Source: a virus
Taxonomy: Duplodnaviria > Caudoviricetes
Strand: one strand, 5' to 3'
IMG/VR virus record: IMGVR_UViG_3300048587_000172
Span: 1-57,392 of that record
Length of the DNA: 57,392 nucleotides
The position numbers and the translations under genes are program-made. The notes beneath the pieces are model-generated. The model searched no databases, was not told where the DNA came from, and saw only the letters and a list, made by a program, of their open reading frames with translations. Positions 17,435 to 26,612 of the stretch are shown one piece after another; position 1 is the first letter of the stretch; the number at the start of each line of letters is the position of its first letter.

Positions 17435-17443
17435 AAGTATAAT
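17416..17443 (+). promoter_or_regulatory. sigma70-type promoter
   Basis: TTGACC-N16-TATAAT. Confidence 0.75.
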
Positions 17444-17459
17444 CAGAGATAGGTGATTT

Positions 17460-18002
17460 ATGGAAAATGTTTTTAAAGATGCAAGAGATATTCTTGATGA
17501 TGTTGAAAAATTTGAAAGACTTAAACCTAAATATAAACCAGAAGAATATGAACTAAAAGAAATCAGGAAACAATTTTACGTTACTAAAAGAATGAAACGT
17601 TTATGTGTGTTAACAAAAAGTACATATAAATGTATGCAGTGTTATAAAACAATTGATGAACTAGGTAAATGGGTAATCAAAAAATACAAAGGTAGTGATA
17701 TAGCGGTTTGTCGCACTTGCAGTAAAAGATTGAATGATTACAAATTGAAAGGCGGTAATGGAAAGATGAAACGAATTGAAGGTGTTTTTAAAACTGTAGT
17801 AATTGAGCGCGTACATATCGACGGTTTAACATTAGCTACAGCGCGAATGGAAGCCGGATTCACCAGAGAACAATTTGCAGAACGTTTACAGTGGTCGCGC
17901 GCATATCAACAAAAATTAGAAAATGGATTAGTCAAAACAATTACACCACAAAAAAGAGATTTAATCATTCAAGTATTGAAAGAATGTGGAATCGAAATCT
18001 GA
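17460..18002 (+). CDS. Zn-finger plus XRE HTH regulator
   Basis: CMQC...CRTC; LATARMEAGFTREQFAERLQWSRAYQQKLENG. Confidence 0.8.
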   Translation: MENVFKDARDILDDVEKFERLKPKYKPEEYELKEIRKQFYVTKRMKRLCVLTKSTYKCMQCYKTIDELGKWVIKKYKGSDIAVCRTCSKRLNDYKLKGGNGKMKRIEGVFKTVVIERVHIDGLTLATARMEAGFTREQFAERLQWSRAYQQKLENGLVKTITPQKRDLIIQVLKECGIEI

Positions 18003-18023
18003 TTTATAGCTGATAAAGTGGAT

Positions 18024-18058
18024 AAGAAACCGCCGTAAATTACGGCGGTTTCTTTTTT
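18024..18058 (+). terminator. intrinsic terminator
   Basis: AAGAAACCGCCGT/ACGGCGGTTTCTT followed by TTTT. Confidence 0.85.
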
Positions 18059-18078
18059 CGAAAAATTTTCATTTCATC

Positions 18079-18106
18079 TTGACATTCTTTGTAGACGATG
18101 TAGTAT
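18079..18106 (+). promoter_or_regulatory. early-type promoter 1
   Basis: TTGACA-N16-TAGTAT. Confidence 0.8.
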
Positions 18107-18144
18107 ATGGAAAGTAAGGAATAAAACTTTCAGGAGATAGTCAA

Positions 18145-18471
18145 ATGGCGAAGATTTATGAAATGTTGAGCGGAAAGAAAATCACAAAGGCAACGTTTAA
18201 GTCTTTTGTGAATAAGAATCGTAACAATCTTTTGATTCGTGTCGATTCAAAATTTGATGGTCAACGCGATGGCTGTGAATCTACAGGAGAAAAAGAGTAT
18301 ACACCAATTGTTAAAAGTGTTCGCAACTATCCGGAAAACGATTTGGGAATCGGCGGATTGTGGCTGGTGAATGGTGGCGGAGATTATTTTAAGCTTTTGC
18401 GTGAAGGGAATTATACAATTATCGAAGTGTACAATTGTTGTGGGACCGCACGAATTGCAGTGGCCGAATAA
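18145..18471 (+). CDS. hypothetical protein (putative early)
   Basis: AGGAG RBS; KITKATFKSF...FDG..D...VYNCCG. Confidence 0.8.
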   Translation: MAKIYEMLSGKKITKATFKSFVNKNRNNLLIRVDSKFDGQRDGCESTGEKEYTPIVKSVRNYPENDLGIGGLWLVNGGGDYFKLLREGNYTIIEVYNCCGTARIAVAE

Positions 18472-18523
18472 TTCAATCTTCCATTTATGAAAACAAATGG
18501 AAGATTTTAAAGGAGATACCAAA

Positions 18524-18724
18524 ATGAAAAATGTAAAAGTTGCACCGACAGTGGAAGATATGATAATGGCCGATTTGATCGACAATCTTTCAAGTCTTGA
18601 AAAAACAGAAAAACTTGAAGTGAATCATGAACAGGCAAAACTGATTTTGAAGATGTTGGCCGATGAAGAGTATCGGAAGAAGGTTAATTCTCTTCATGTT
18701 CGAATGTTTTTACTAAATCCATAA
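18524..18724 (+). CDS. hypothetical protein (putative early)
   Basis: AAGGAG RBS before ATG 18524. Confidence 0.7.
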   Translation: MKNVKVAPTVEDMIMADLIDNLSSLEKTEKLEVNHEQAKLILKMLADEEYRKKVNSLHVRMFLLNP

Positions 18725-18738
18725 GTTTTGAGTAATAC

Positions 18739-18766
18739 TTGACATTCTTTATATCCGATGTAGTAT
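18739..18766 (+). promoter_or_regulatory. early-type promoter 2
   Basis: TTGACA-N16-TAGTAT, near-identical to promoter 1. Confidence 0.8.
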
Positions 18767-18809
18767 ATAGATGTTGATCGGATGAAGAAATTTCATAGGA
18801 GACAGTCAA

Positions 18810-19049
18810 ATGATGGCGAAGATTCAATACAAATCGGAAAAGTTTTCACTAGGTGTGACTTTCAATCAATTTTATGAAGAAATTAAGACTGCTGGAAAAA
18901 TTCATTCAAAACTGTTTCAAGATATGTCACATCATTTTATGGCCGATTACGGTTTTAACTGGAAGTTTTCAAAAGAAAAAATTCCTGATGAGATCGTGAT
19001 TGAATATCGAAAAAAATTCTCAAAAATTCCCATATTTTCAGTGTGTTGA
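18810..19049 (+). CDS. hypothetical protein (putative early)
   Basis: AGGAG RBS; leader and first codons shared with gene 18145. Confidence 0.7.
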   Translation: MMAKIQYKSEKFSLGVTFNQFYEEIKTAGKIHSKLFQDMSHHFMADYGFNWKFSKEKIPDEIVIEYRKKFSKIPIFSVC

Positions 19050-19088
19050 ATTATTACGTCGTCATTTACCTAAGCAGAAAGTTTTAAT

Positions 19089-19346
19089 ATGTTGGACAAT
19101 ATTTTTGAATGTAATAGGAAGGAAGCCATTAAAAATGGTGTAGAATTTGATGGTAACACACTTGAAGAGGATCATTTTAAGGTTATTTGGCGTGATTTGG
19201 ACGACGTAAAGCAGTACAAAACAGTATTTCGTATAGTTGATGTTATCGAAGCAGTAAATAATGTACGCCATCGACCACGTTCGATTGTTGATAAAGACGG
19301 AAACTACTACTTCATTTCAAATCTCTACAAAATCGTGAAATATTAA
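19089..19346 (+). CDS. hypothetical protein
   Basis: 85-aa ORF. Confidence 0.6.
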   Translation: MLDNIFECNRKEAIKNGVEFDGNTLEEDHFKVIWRDLDDVKQYKTVFRIVDVIEAVNNVRHRPRSIVDKDGNYYFISNLYKIVKY

Positions 19347-19415
19347 CTTTGCAGTCTTTCATCGGCCGTCGTCAATTCTCCGAAAATATCTTCGGAGAAT
19401 TTCTCTTTCAATCAT

Positions 19416-19442
19416 TTGACATTTTTGTAGATGATGTAGTAT
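19416..19442 (+). promoter_or_regulatory. early-type promoter 3
   Basis: TTGACA-N15-TAGTAT with the same GTAGA.GATG spacer motif. Confidence 0.65.
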
Positions 19443-19478
19443 ACACGCATGGCAATTACGCCGATGAAAGGTTTGAAA

Positions 19479-19733
19479 ATGAACTTAATAGATTTTGTAC
19501 AACAAGCAGAATTAAATAAGGTATATACTGTTAAACTTGGCGCTGTTTTAACACAAGTTATTCGTAATCCAAAAATTATATTTGTGCCTGAATTTGGCGA
19601 AAATATGGTGGCAATTGCTGTACAAAATGCCGTCGATGGGCCGTGGTTTATTCAATACCATCATACAGACACTGTTATATCTGATATACAATTAGGTCGT
19701 GTAAATAATAATTTATTAGAGGGGTGGGAATAA
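19479..19733 (+). CDS. hypothetical protein (putative early)
   Basis: GAAAGG RBS before ATG 19479; a leaderless ATG 19449 is also in frame. Confidence 0.65.
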   Translation: MNLIDFVQQAELNKVYTVKLGAVLTQVIRNPKIIFVPEFGENMVAIAVQNAVDGPWFIQYHHTDTVISDIQLGRVNNNLLEGWE

Positions 19734-19746
19734 TTTTCGATTTTAT

Positions 19747-19774
19747 TTGACAAATGATTTATAGACGCTAGAGT
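19747..19774 (+). promoter_or_regulatory. early-type promoter 4
   Basis: TTGACA-N16-TAGAGT. Confidence 0.7.
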
Positions 19775-19813
19775 ATACATATGGCAAATACGCCGACACG
19801 AAAGGAAGCGATC

Positions 19814-20023
19814 ATGACAAATGTAAAGACAATGGCAGACTTTGCAGTAAAAGCTGAAAAAGATGTTGACTATAAGGTATGTTTTGAATTTGGTGTGTTG
19901 ATTTTAAGAAACCCTGTTAAAATAGAAAAAGGAAATTCGATTATTTGTGAACAGGTTTTTCCCGGAAATAAATGTGTTAATGTGAGTTTCTTTTCGGATA
20001 CGACAATTAATGGTGTTAGATAG
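19814..20023 (+). CDS. hypothetical protein (putative early)
   Basis: GAAAGGA RBS; leaderless ATG 19781 in frame. Confidence 0.65.
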   Translation: MTNVKTMADFAVKAEKDVDYKVCFEFGVLILRNPVKIEKGNSIICEQVFPGNKCVNVSFFSDTTINGVR

Positions 20024-20068
20024 AAGGTGTCAACAATTAAAATTAAGACTTTAAAAGAGGGAAATCAA

Positions 20069-20311
20069 ATGAAACTTATTGGATCAGTTTGCCATAATGA
20101 TGATAATTTCAATAATCCCAAACATCGTCGTGTTCGTTTATGGTGGGATAAAAAAGAGAAGAATATACGAATGACTAATGGAACAGTTATTGAAGGTTTT
20201 CAATATATTGAAACTTTTGAACAAGCTGTTAAAATTACGGCAAGCTTATATGGTAGTTTTATTTGGGATTTGAAGATGGTGGCAGAAGCGGAAATAATGG
20301 CTAAGGTTTAA
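20069..20311 (+). CDS. hypothetical protein
   Basis: GAGGG RBS before ATG 20069. Confidence 0.65.
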   Translation: MKLIGSVCHNDDNFNNPKHRRVRLWWDKKEKNIRMTNGTVIEGFQYIETFEQAVKITASLYGSFIWDLKMVAEAEIMAKV

Positions 20312-20375
20312 TCAGTAGTACAATTCCGATATCATTACGATGGTATCGGTATAGTCTCACTAATAAGGAAGTGAA

Positions 20376-20573
20376 ATGTTTAAAATTGGAGATAAAGTTG
20401 TAGAAAAATATGGTACTCGCAAAGGAGAAATTACTAAAATTACACGTGCTGAAAGCCGTTCGTTTGTTGGTTTCGGAATTAGTAATGTATATACGTTAAT
20501 TGTTGAAGGGGAAAATTTTCCTTTTGTTCTTACAACAGGTGTATTAAAATCTCTTTGGAGGAAAATGAAATGA
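20376..20573 (+). CDS. small SH3/KOW-like protein
   Basis: MFKIGDKV.....G.I..I pattern; AAGGAAG RBS. Confidence 0.65.
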   Translation: MFKIGDKVVEKYGTRKGEITKITRAESRSFVGFGISNVYTLIVEGENFPFVLTTGVLKSLWRKMK

Positions 20574-20791
20574 AGAATAAAGTAAAGCTATTTGAAACGT
20601 GGGTATTCAATAATGTAAGATTCTTCGCTACCAGATCGAAAGAATTGTATAATCATTACGTAATCATTGATGAAGATGGTAATTACTACGGTCACTCATT
20701 CGACATTGAATACTTTAAGAGTTTGCAGAAATATTCGAAGTTAGAAGTTAAGGCGATAGTTGATAAGATAGAAATTAAACTTCAACAATAA
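20570..20791 (+). CDS. hypothetical protein
   Basis: GGAGG RBS, ATGA overlap. Confidence 0.65.
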   Translation: MKNKVKLFETWVFNNVRFFATRSKELYNHYVIIDEDGNYYGHSFDIEYFKSLQKYSKLEVKAIVDKIEIKLQQ

Positions 20792-20934
20792 CTCATTACG
20801 TCGTCTATAAACGATTTTTCTCACCGCGCTGGGTAACACCACCAGCGCGGTATTTTCGTTTGACAAATCAACGCCATTGCGTCTATAAGACTGTTTTACA
20901 TCGTCAACAGGTGATTTAAATGTGACAGGCAGAT

Positions 20935-21792
20935 ATGGCCACTGTAAATGATGAAACATACGGCCCTAACCCTTACAAGTGGGTTTTAGACCCCAACGTT
21001 AAACGTAGCGGCGCTAAAAAAGGAATGGTCAATGCACCAGACGGCTATTTACGCCGATGCCGTGAAAAGTCTATAACTGACAAAACAATACAATGCAGAT
21101 ACCTTGCTAAAAAAGGGTTCTACTATTGTAGATATCACTTAGCTAAGTCAAGCAAAACAATAGCTAATCCACACCGCACTAAATATAGGCTAATAGATAT
21201 GCCGCGCAACAAATATACTAAACATATGTCAGAATCTTTGAAGAATATGATTGAAGATATTCGCAAAGATATTGACCCCTTAGTAATGCTTGACATATCA
21301 CAAGAGATTGAATTGCTTGAAGTTAATCATATTGAAGCCATTAAAATTTGGGATAAGGCGCGTACATCGGTTAGAAAAGATGGTACGTTAATTGCATCCG
21401 TTGAACAAATAGCAATGGCTAAGGATTTAATGGATCAAGCTAATGAGGCTGTACGTAAGGCTCGTTTACAGCAAGCTGAGATCAATGCGAAAATGTCGGA
21501 GAAGTTACCATTAGCTTTAATCCCGCATATCATTGAAAACGTTACTAACATTCTTAGAGAAGAAGTAGCACAATTCTTTTCAGATAAAGAAGAAGTCGAT
21601 CCTTTTGTGGCCAAAGTTTGCAGTCGTATAGAATCTATGCGATTACCTAAATCCGAATTGGCTAAGAATGTATCTACTGCTGAAATGGATGCCGAAAAGA
21701 TTAGACAATTCATGTTGTCAAGTCAGTTAAAGGAAATTGAAGAATCTAACATTCCAAGTATTGATATCTCTAGTGCTGGTAGAGAATCATAA
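20935..21792 (+). CDS. terS: putative terminase small subunit
   Basis: Directly upstream of TerL; N-terminal C..C..C..H motif, then helical region. Confidence 0.6.
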   Translation: MATVNDETYGPNPYKWVLDPNVKRSGAKKGMVNAPDGYLRRCREKSITDKTIQCRYLAKKGFYYCRYHLAKSSKTIANPHRTKYRLIDMPRNKYTKHMSESLKNMIEDIRKDIDPLVMLDISQEIELLEVNHIEAIKIWDKARTSVRKDGTLIASVEQIAMAKDLMDQANEAVRKARLQQAEINAKMSEKLPLALIPHIIENVTNILREEVAQFFSDKEEVDPFVAKVCSRIESMRLPKSELAKNVSTAEMDAEKIRQFMLSSQLKEIEESNIPSIDISSAGRES

Positions 21793-23219
21793 TGGATAGT
21801 AGTTTAAACGATCAATTTAACGATCTAGAAGCCGGTATCTTTGTACCAAAGAAGAAGCCGGATAAAATCATTCTTCCTAGTGGTGTTGTATTACCGCAAC
21901 ACTATTCGGAAATGAAAACACTTCATCCGAAACAGTATAAATTCTATACTAGCAAAGCTAGGTTTCGAACGGTTCATGGTGCACGACGTACAGCCAAGAC
22001 AAAACTTAGTTTACGCCATGTTATTAACTGCGCATTGACGCAAACCTATTACGACGATGCACGCTATCTCTGCGGCGCTCCGACACATGCGCAAACTTAT
22101 ACGATTCAATTCAAACCGTTAGTGTCGATGATACCCTCATGTTTCATTCGTGATATCAACAAAACGCGAATGACAATTGATTTAATTAATGGTAGTCAAA
22201 TCTTTTGTCATGGAATGGATGCAGCGGAACGAATCGAAGGCGGTCCCGTATTAGGTGTATTCCTGGATGAATATGGAAATATGAAACCTAGTGTACTATC
22301 AGAGCACATATTTCCAATGTTTGCAGACCGCGGCGCATGGGCTATTTTTAGTGGTGTGCCGGAAGGTAGAAATCATTATTATGATTTGTGTATGCGATCC
22401 TTAGCATCTAATACAAAAGACGCTAAAGGTATTCCTTTGTGGGAAGATTTTCACTGGACGACAGCGGAAATATTACCTATTTATTTAGGAAAGGAACAAG
22501 CTGAAATTGAAATAGCGAATGCGTTATCAATGATGGATTTGCAGACTTTTCGTCAAGAATATGAAGCTACGTGGGAGATATTTGGCGGTTCTGCTTATTA
22601 TCAATTTGATTATGATACACATTGTACAAAAGCTGATTTGAACTATGATATAGACGATCGTTTAGTATTTTGCTTTGACTTTAACGTTGCGCCGGGAGTA
22701 GCGGTAATAATTCAAGATGATAGGCGAATGACGCGAATATTAGATGAAGTATATATACCAAAAGATTCTACTACACCGGCAATATGTAAGAAGTTAATTC
22801 AAAAATATGGTGGCCATCGTGGTACTGTTCATGGTTATGGTGATTCAACAGGCGGTAATGGTGGTACTGCAAAAATAGCTGGTAGTGACTGGGATTTAAT
22901 AGACCAACATATGAAAGCTGCTTTCGGTGCGCGTTGGGTAAACAGAGTTAAGAAATCAAATCCACCAGAACGTACTAGAGTTAATGCGGTTAACAGTAGG
23001 TTAAAATCTGCTGATGGTACTGTACATGTAAAAATCTATACTCCAAAATGTCTCAACACTATTAAAGACTTTCAAGCTGTAAGAATATTAGAAGGTAGCG
23101 CAGGAGAAATAGATAAAAAGTTTGATAAAAAAGCTACTCACCTAACCGATGCTATTGGTTATTTCTTAGCGCAAGAACATTCTATTGTTCATAATGAAAT
23201 TGTAGTGCACCAATATTGA
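21792..23219 (+). CDS. terL: terminase large subunit
   Basis: LHPKQ, Walker A-like GARRTAKT, Walker B VFLDE, GVPEGRN, FRQEYEA, nuclease FDFN...H.TDA.GY. Confidence 0.93.
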   Translation: MDSSLNDQFNDLEAGIFVPKKKPDKIILPSGVVLPQHYSEMKTLHPKQYKFYTSKARFRTVHGARRTAKTKLSLRHVINCALTQTYYDDARYLCGAPTHAQTYTIQFKPLVSMIPSCFIRDINKTRMTIDLINGSQIFCHGMDAAERIEGGPVLGVFLDEYGNMKPSVLSEHIFPMFADRGAWAIFSGVPEGRNHYYDLCMRSLASNTKDAKGIPLWEDFHWTTAEILPIYLGKEQAEIEIANALSMMDLQTFRQEYEATWEIFGGSAYYQFDYDTHCTKADLNYDIDDRLVFCFDFNVAPGVAVIIQDDRRMTRILDEVYIPKDSTTPAICKKLIQKYGGHRGTVHGYGDSTGGNGGTAKIAGSDWDLIDQHMKAAFGARWVNRVKKSNPPERTRVNAVNSRLKSADGTVHVKIYTPKCLNTIKDFQAVRILEGSAGEIDKKFDKKATHLTDAIGYFLAQEHSIVHNEIVVHQY

Positions 23220-23220
23220 T

Positions 23221-23547
23221 TTGACTATACATATCTATTCTTCTATTATGCTTCCAATGTCGGAAGTCATAAATGTACACGAAATTACTATCCACCATGT
23301 TAATGGTGGTACTGTAACTGTATTTGTCGATTCAAAAGTGCTAGCTTCTGAATTGCACATTTATAAAGAGATAGGTACACCACATAGCACACCTATTATT
23401 GTTATAAAAGGATTCGCTAAAGATACCCAAATTGAATTAGGTATGAATTTTGTTAAGTGGTTTGACCGATTAGTAATTATTCGTACTAATGATATTTCAT
23501 CAATGGTAATTGATAATAAACCACAATTGATAATTGAAATGGAGTAA
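23221..23547 (+). CDS. hypothetical protein
   Basis: 108-aa ORF, start uncertain. Confidence 0.6.
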   Translation: MTIHIYSSIMLPMSEVINVHEITIHHVNGGTVTVFVDSKVLASELHIYKEIGTPHSTPIIVIKGFAKDTQIELGMNFVKWFDRLVIIRTNDISSMVIDNKPQLIIEME

Positions 23548-23548
23548 C

Positions 23549-23776
23549 ATGAAATACTTAATAATGATGTTATTAGTAATGGCTTCTGGTTGTGTTAGGT
23601 ATGTTGAAAAAGGTGATTTTAAATACGTGAATTTCGGATTCAATACATCTATTGATAATGCAGAAGTAAGTATTGATCCAAACGGCCATATCGCCAATAT
23701 CAAAATTGGTAAAGTCAATTCAGAGGCTAAAGCTTTGCAGGATATGGCCGAAGCAGTTAAAGCTTTAGCTAAATAA
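23549..23776 (+). CDS. small lipoprotein (possible spanin-like role)
   Basis: MKYLIMMLLVMASG-C lipobox; GGAG RBS. Confidence 0.7.
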   Translation: MKYLIMMLLVMASGCVRYVEKGDFKYVNFGFNTSIDNAEVSIDPNGHIANIKIGKVNSEAKALQDMAEAVKALAK

Positions 23777-23801
23777 TCCCTTTCATTCCACCGGTGATAA
23801 A

Positions 23802-24572
23802 ATGAAACCTATTGACACCGCAATTCTTTTTATCACTGGTTTTACTCAACCTGATTATCGTACGGAAGGTAATGGGTTATGGGATTGGCGAGACGAATTT
23901 TGCGAATACTTCTATGACCGTAGGCAAACGTGGGTAGGCATCCGTACATGGAATGCCAAAATGGAAGAAGAAGCGAAAGAGATAATTCGTACCGGCGCTA
24001 AACGAATTGTGGTGATTGCTTATTCGTGGGGATGTGGTCGGGCGCTTATTGATTTTGCGAAATATCTGCAAAATGGGTGGAATAAAAAAATTGATTTGGT
24101 TTGTTTAATTGATCCTGTTATCTATGGTGGTATCTTAATTGGTAAGGCTGTTAATGCGTTATTATCTAGTAACGCAAAATTCAAATTACCAGAAAATGTT
24201 ATCAACTTTGCAGCATGGCGAACACTTAATAAACCTAGCATTACATCACCGTGGGGTAGATCAGTAAAATATGATGAAGCAACACAAAACTGCATTAACT
24301 CTTTTGTAATCGGTGCTGCAAAATCATTTGAACGTAATGAATTACCGGAAGGTATATATATCTATGACCCTAATATTACACATGTTAATATTGATAATGA
24401 TATAAGGGTTAAGAAAGAAGTGTTTAAAATTGTATGTACTTTCCTAGAACAGAAAGCTTCACCTGCTTTAGCTAATGCAGCAGCTAGAATTGTACCTAAT
24501 ACTTCTACTCCTACACCTGTAATAACTGATAATCCAAAAGTTGATGATATACCACCACTAGCCACTAAATAA
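23802..24572 (+). CDS. alpha/beta-hydrolase (esterase/lipase-like)
   Basis: ILFITGF, nucleophile elbow VVIAYSWG, LIDPV, C-terminal THVNID. Confidence 0.8.
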   Translation: MKPIDTAILFITGFTQPDYRTEGNGLWDWRDEFCEYFYDRRQTWVGIRTWNAKMEEEAKEIIRTGAKRIVVIAYSWGCGRALIDFAKYLQNGWNKKIDLVCLIDPVIYGGILIGKAVNALLSSNAKFKLPENVINFAAWRTLNKPSITSPWGRSVKYDEATQNCINSFVIGAAKSFERNELPEGIYIYDPNITHVNIDNDIRVKKEVFKIVCTFLEQKASPALANAAARIVPNTSTPTPVITDNPKVDDIPPLATK

Positions 24573-24589
24573 TCGTAGGAGATATCGTT

Positions 24590-25237
24590 ATGAATTTGCT
24601 TGCGATTACTTTAGACTTGAATCAGAATGCAATCATTACTACTGGTACAGTAATTTCTATGGCTGTTGGAGTATATGCACTATATAAGTCAAAACTTAAT
24701 AAGTATACCAGAGCGATTGAAGCTAGGGAAATTGAGTCTAGAACAAATATTAGTAATGGCTGGAAAGAACTATACGAGATAACTGTAAAGAAGTTGGAGA
24801 ATATTACTACTACATGCCATGAAGAAATTAATTTGCTACGTCAAAAGCAGATAGCATTAGAACAAGAGAATAAATCTTTGTTTAGTAGTAATCAAGATTT
24901 ACAAGCTTTGAATAACAAATGGCAATTAGTTAAAGATAGAGTAGATAAGTTAGAAGATGAGAATAGAAAGTTAGATGAAGACAACAGAGAATGGAAAGAA
25001 CTATATAAAAAAGTCTCAAAAGATTATCGTCGGCAGAAACATAGAATAAACAATCTCCGCCAAATGTTGTTTACATTAAAAGAAGAATTAGGTATGAAAG
25101 GTATAAACCTAGATTCTTTAAATGATATGATTAAACAACAGACCGACGAAGATGAAAAAGAAATCAAAGAAGATGCAGAGTATCAAATTAAACAGAGACT
25201 ACAGAAAGGTAGCTATCCATATGAATCAGACGTTTAA
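24590..25237 (+). CDS. single-TM coiled-coil protein (holin-like position)
   Basis: N-terminal hydrophobic helix followed by a long coiled coil. Confidence 0.6.
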   Translation: MNLLAITLDLNQNAIITTGTVISMAVGVYALYKSKLNKYTRAIEAREIESRTNISNGWKELYEITVKKLENITTTCHEEINLLRQKQIALEQENKSLFSSNQDLQALNNKWQLVKDRVDKLEDENRKLDEDNREWKELYKKVSKDYRRQKHRINNLRQMLFTLKEELGMKGINLDSLNDMIKQQTDEDEKEIKEDAEYQIKQRLQKGSYPYESDV

Positions 25238-26612
25238 ACTTTTATCGTTTATCTTACTGTGTGGAATTTCTGCGCTGGTTACAGCTAGTTTTGCAGGTGA
25301 TTATATCATTACTTTAAAGGAAGGTGATAGAGTAATTATCACTGCTGAAAAAAGTAATGATGAAAACAATAATGAGGGTGAGGGTAATACTACTCAACCT
25401 GTACCACCAGACGATTTTTCACTAACCGAAATTGAATCTTCTCAATTTGTAGTGAAGTTAAACCGACCAGCTACTACTTTAGTGAAAGTAGTTATTTCTA
25501 CTAAAGCTGGTGAAGTAGGTTCACCTTTTATTGAAATTGGTCAAGATTCGTTTACTTTGCAAGGTACGCCTAATTGGGAGTATTTTGTAACTGTATTTGA
25601 TATTCAACGTGTTATTCATCTTTCGCCAGTAATTAATCCTATCCCCCCTACTTGGACACTAAATTTACCAGAGTGGACTAAATTACCGGCTGTTAATGCA
25701 ACATATGTAGTTACGGATAATGTAAACACTGCACAAAAAGAAATTAATGCTGGTCGTGGTGTTGTATTACAAAATGCTATTGTCAACAATCAAATGTTGA
25801 CACTTAACAAAGCTAAAAACGTTTGGATTCAAAACTGTACATTTACTACTCCTACCGGTGGTTGGGGTACAGGACATTCAATTCGATTAATCGGTCGTAA
25901 CGAAAATATCAATATCATCAATAATACTTTTCTTGGCCCTAATGGTGATGCAGCTATTGCCGCTGGTAATTGGAAAAGCGCTGATGATTTTAAAGAAGTT
26001 AGAATCACACATAATGATTTTCTTAATAGTAGTGAAGGTATCCACTTCTTTTCAAGAATTGGTGGAGATTCTCAAATATTTGTATATCGCAACTATTTCC
26101 GTGGTATCCGTAGAATTGGTATAGAATTACAGGAAGGCGGTAAAGATTGTTATGTACTGCAAAATTACTACCATAAACCGTGGGTTAAGTCTAATGGTAT
26201 GGTAGTTGGCCCTACTGTATTTGGGTTATCTATTGCAACTGTTGAGACTGATAATGTAGTTGTTAAACAGAATATTGTAATTGGTGATTCACCAAACAAT
26301 ATCAACGTCGATGCCGACCGTTTAGGAATGGCAATTGAAGTTGCAGGTAGAACCTTAGTAGCTACTGAAAATGAAATTTATGGTAACTTCATTTGTGGAT
26401 TGTCTGTTTTAAGTGGCCATAGTGATTCTGTTAAAACAAAAGCAAACTTGACTAAAAATACAATTAAAGGTATCTTGCCAAAAATGGGTGGTTGGGGAGC
26501 GCCTATCTTTAACGACGGCGGTAGCGTTATCACTCAAAGCGATAATACTATCGAATCATCAGTAGATTTTACTAAATCTCCTGTACGCGATCCTTTAATC
26601 GGCAGACAATAA
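25221..26612 (+). CDS. secreted right-handed beta-helix protein (pectate-lyase-like depolymerase)
   Basis: Signal peptide MNQTFKLLSFILLCGISALVTASFA; repeats NVWIQNCTF, NINIINNTF, VRITHNDF, IFVYRNYF. Confidence 0.75.
   Translation: MNQTFKLLSFILLCGISALVTASFAGDYIITLKEGDRVIITAEKSNDENNNEGEGNTTQPVPPDDFSLTEIESSQFVVKLNRPATTLVKVVISTKAGEVGSPFIEIGQDSFTLQGTPNWEYFVTVFDIQRVIHLSPVINPIPPTWTLNLPEWTKLPAVNATYVVTDNVNTAQKEINAGRGVVLQNAIVNNQMLTLNKAKNVWIQNCTFTTPTGGWGTGHSIRLIGRNENINIINNTFLGPNGDAAIAAGNWKSADDFKEVRITHNDFLNSSEGIHFFSRIGGDSQIFVYRNYFRGIRRIGIELQEGGKDCYVLQNYYHKPWVKSNGMVVGPTVFGLSIATVETDNVVVKQNIVIGDSPNNINVDADRLGMAIEVAGRTLVATENEIYGNFICGLSVLSGHSDSVKTKANLTKNTIKGILPKMGGWGAPIFNDGGSVITQSDNTIESSVDFTKSPVRDPLIGRQ

Noticed and set aside
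18079-19800. CRISPR array
   Set aside because: The repeats are promoter/leader motifs separated by whole genes of unequal length; no cas genes
20860-20889. Promoter for the terminase operon
   Set aside because: TTGACA is perfect but the only -10 candidate is TATAAG at 18 bp, too weak to call
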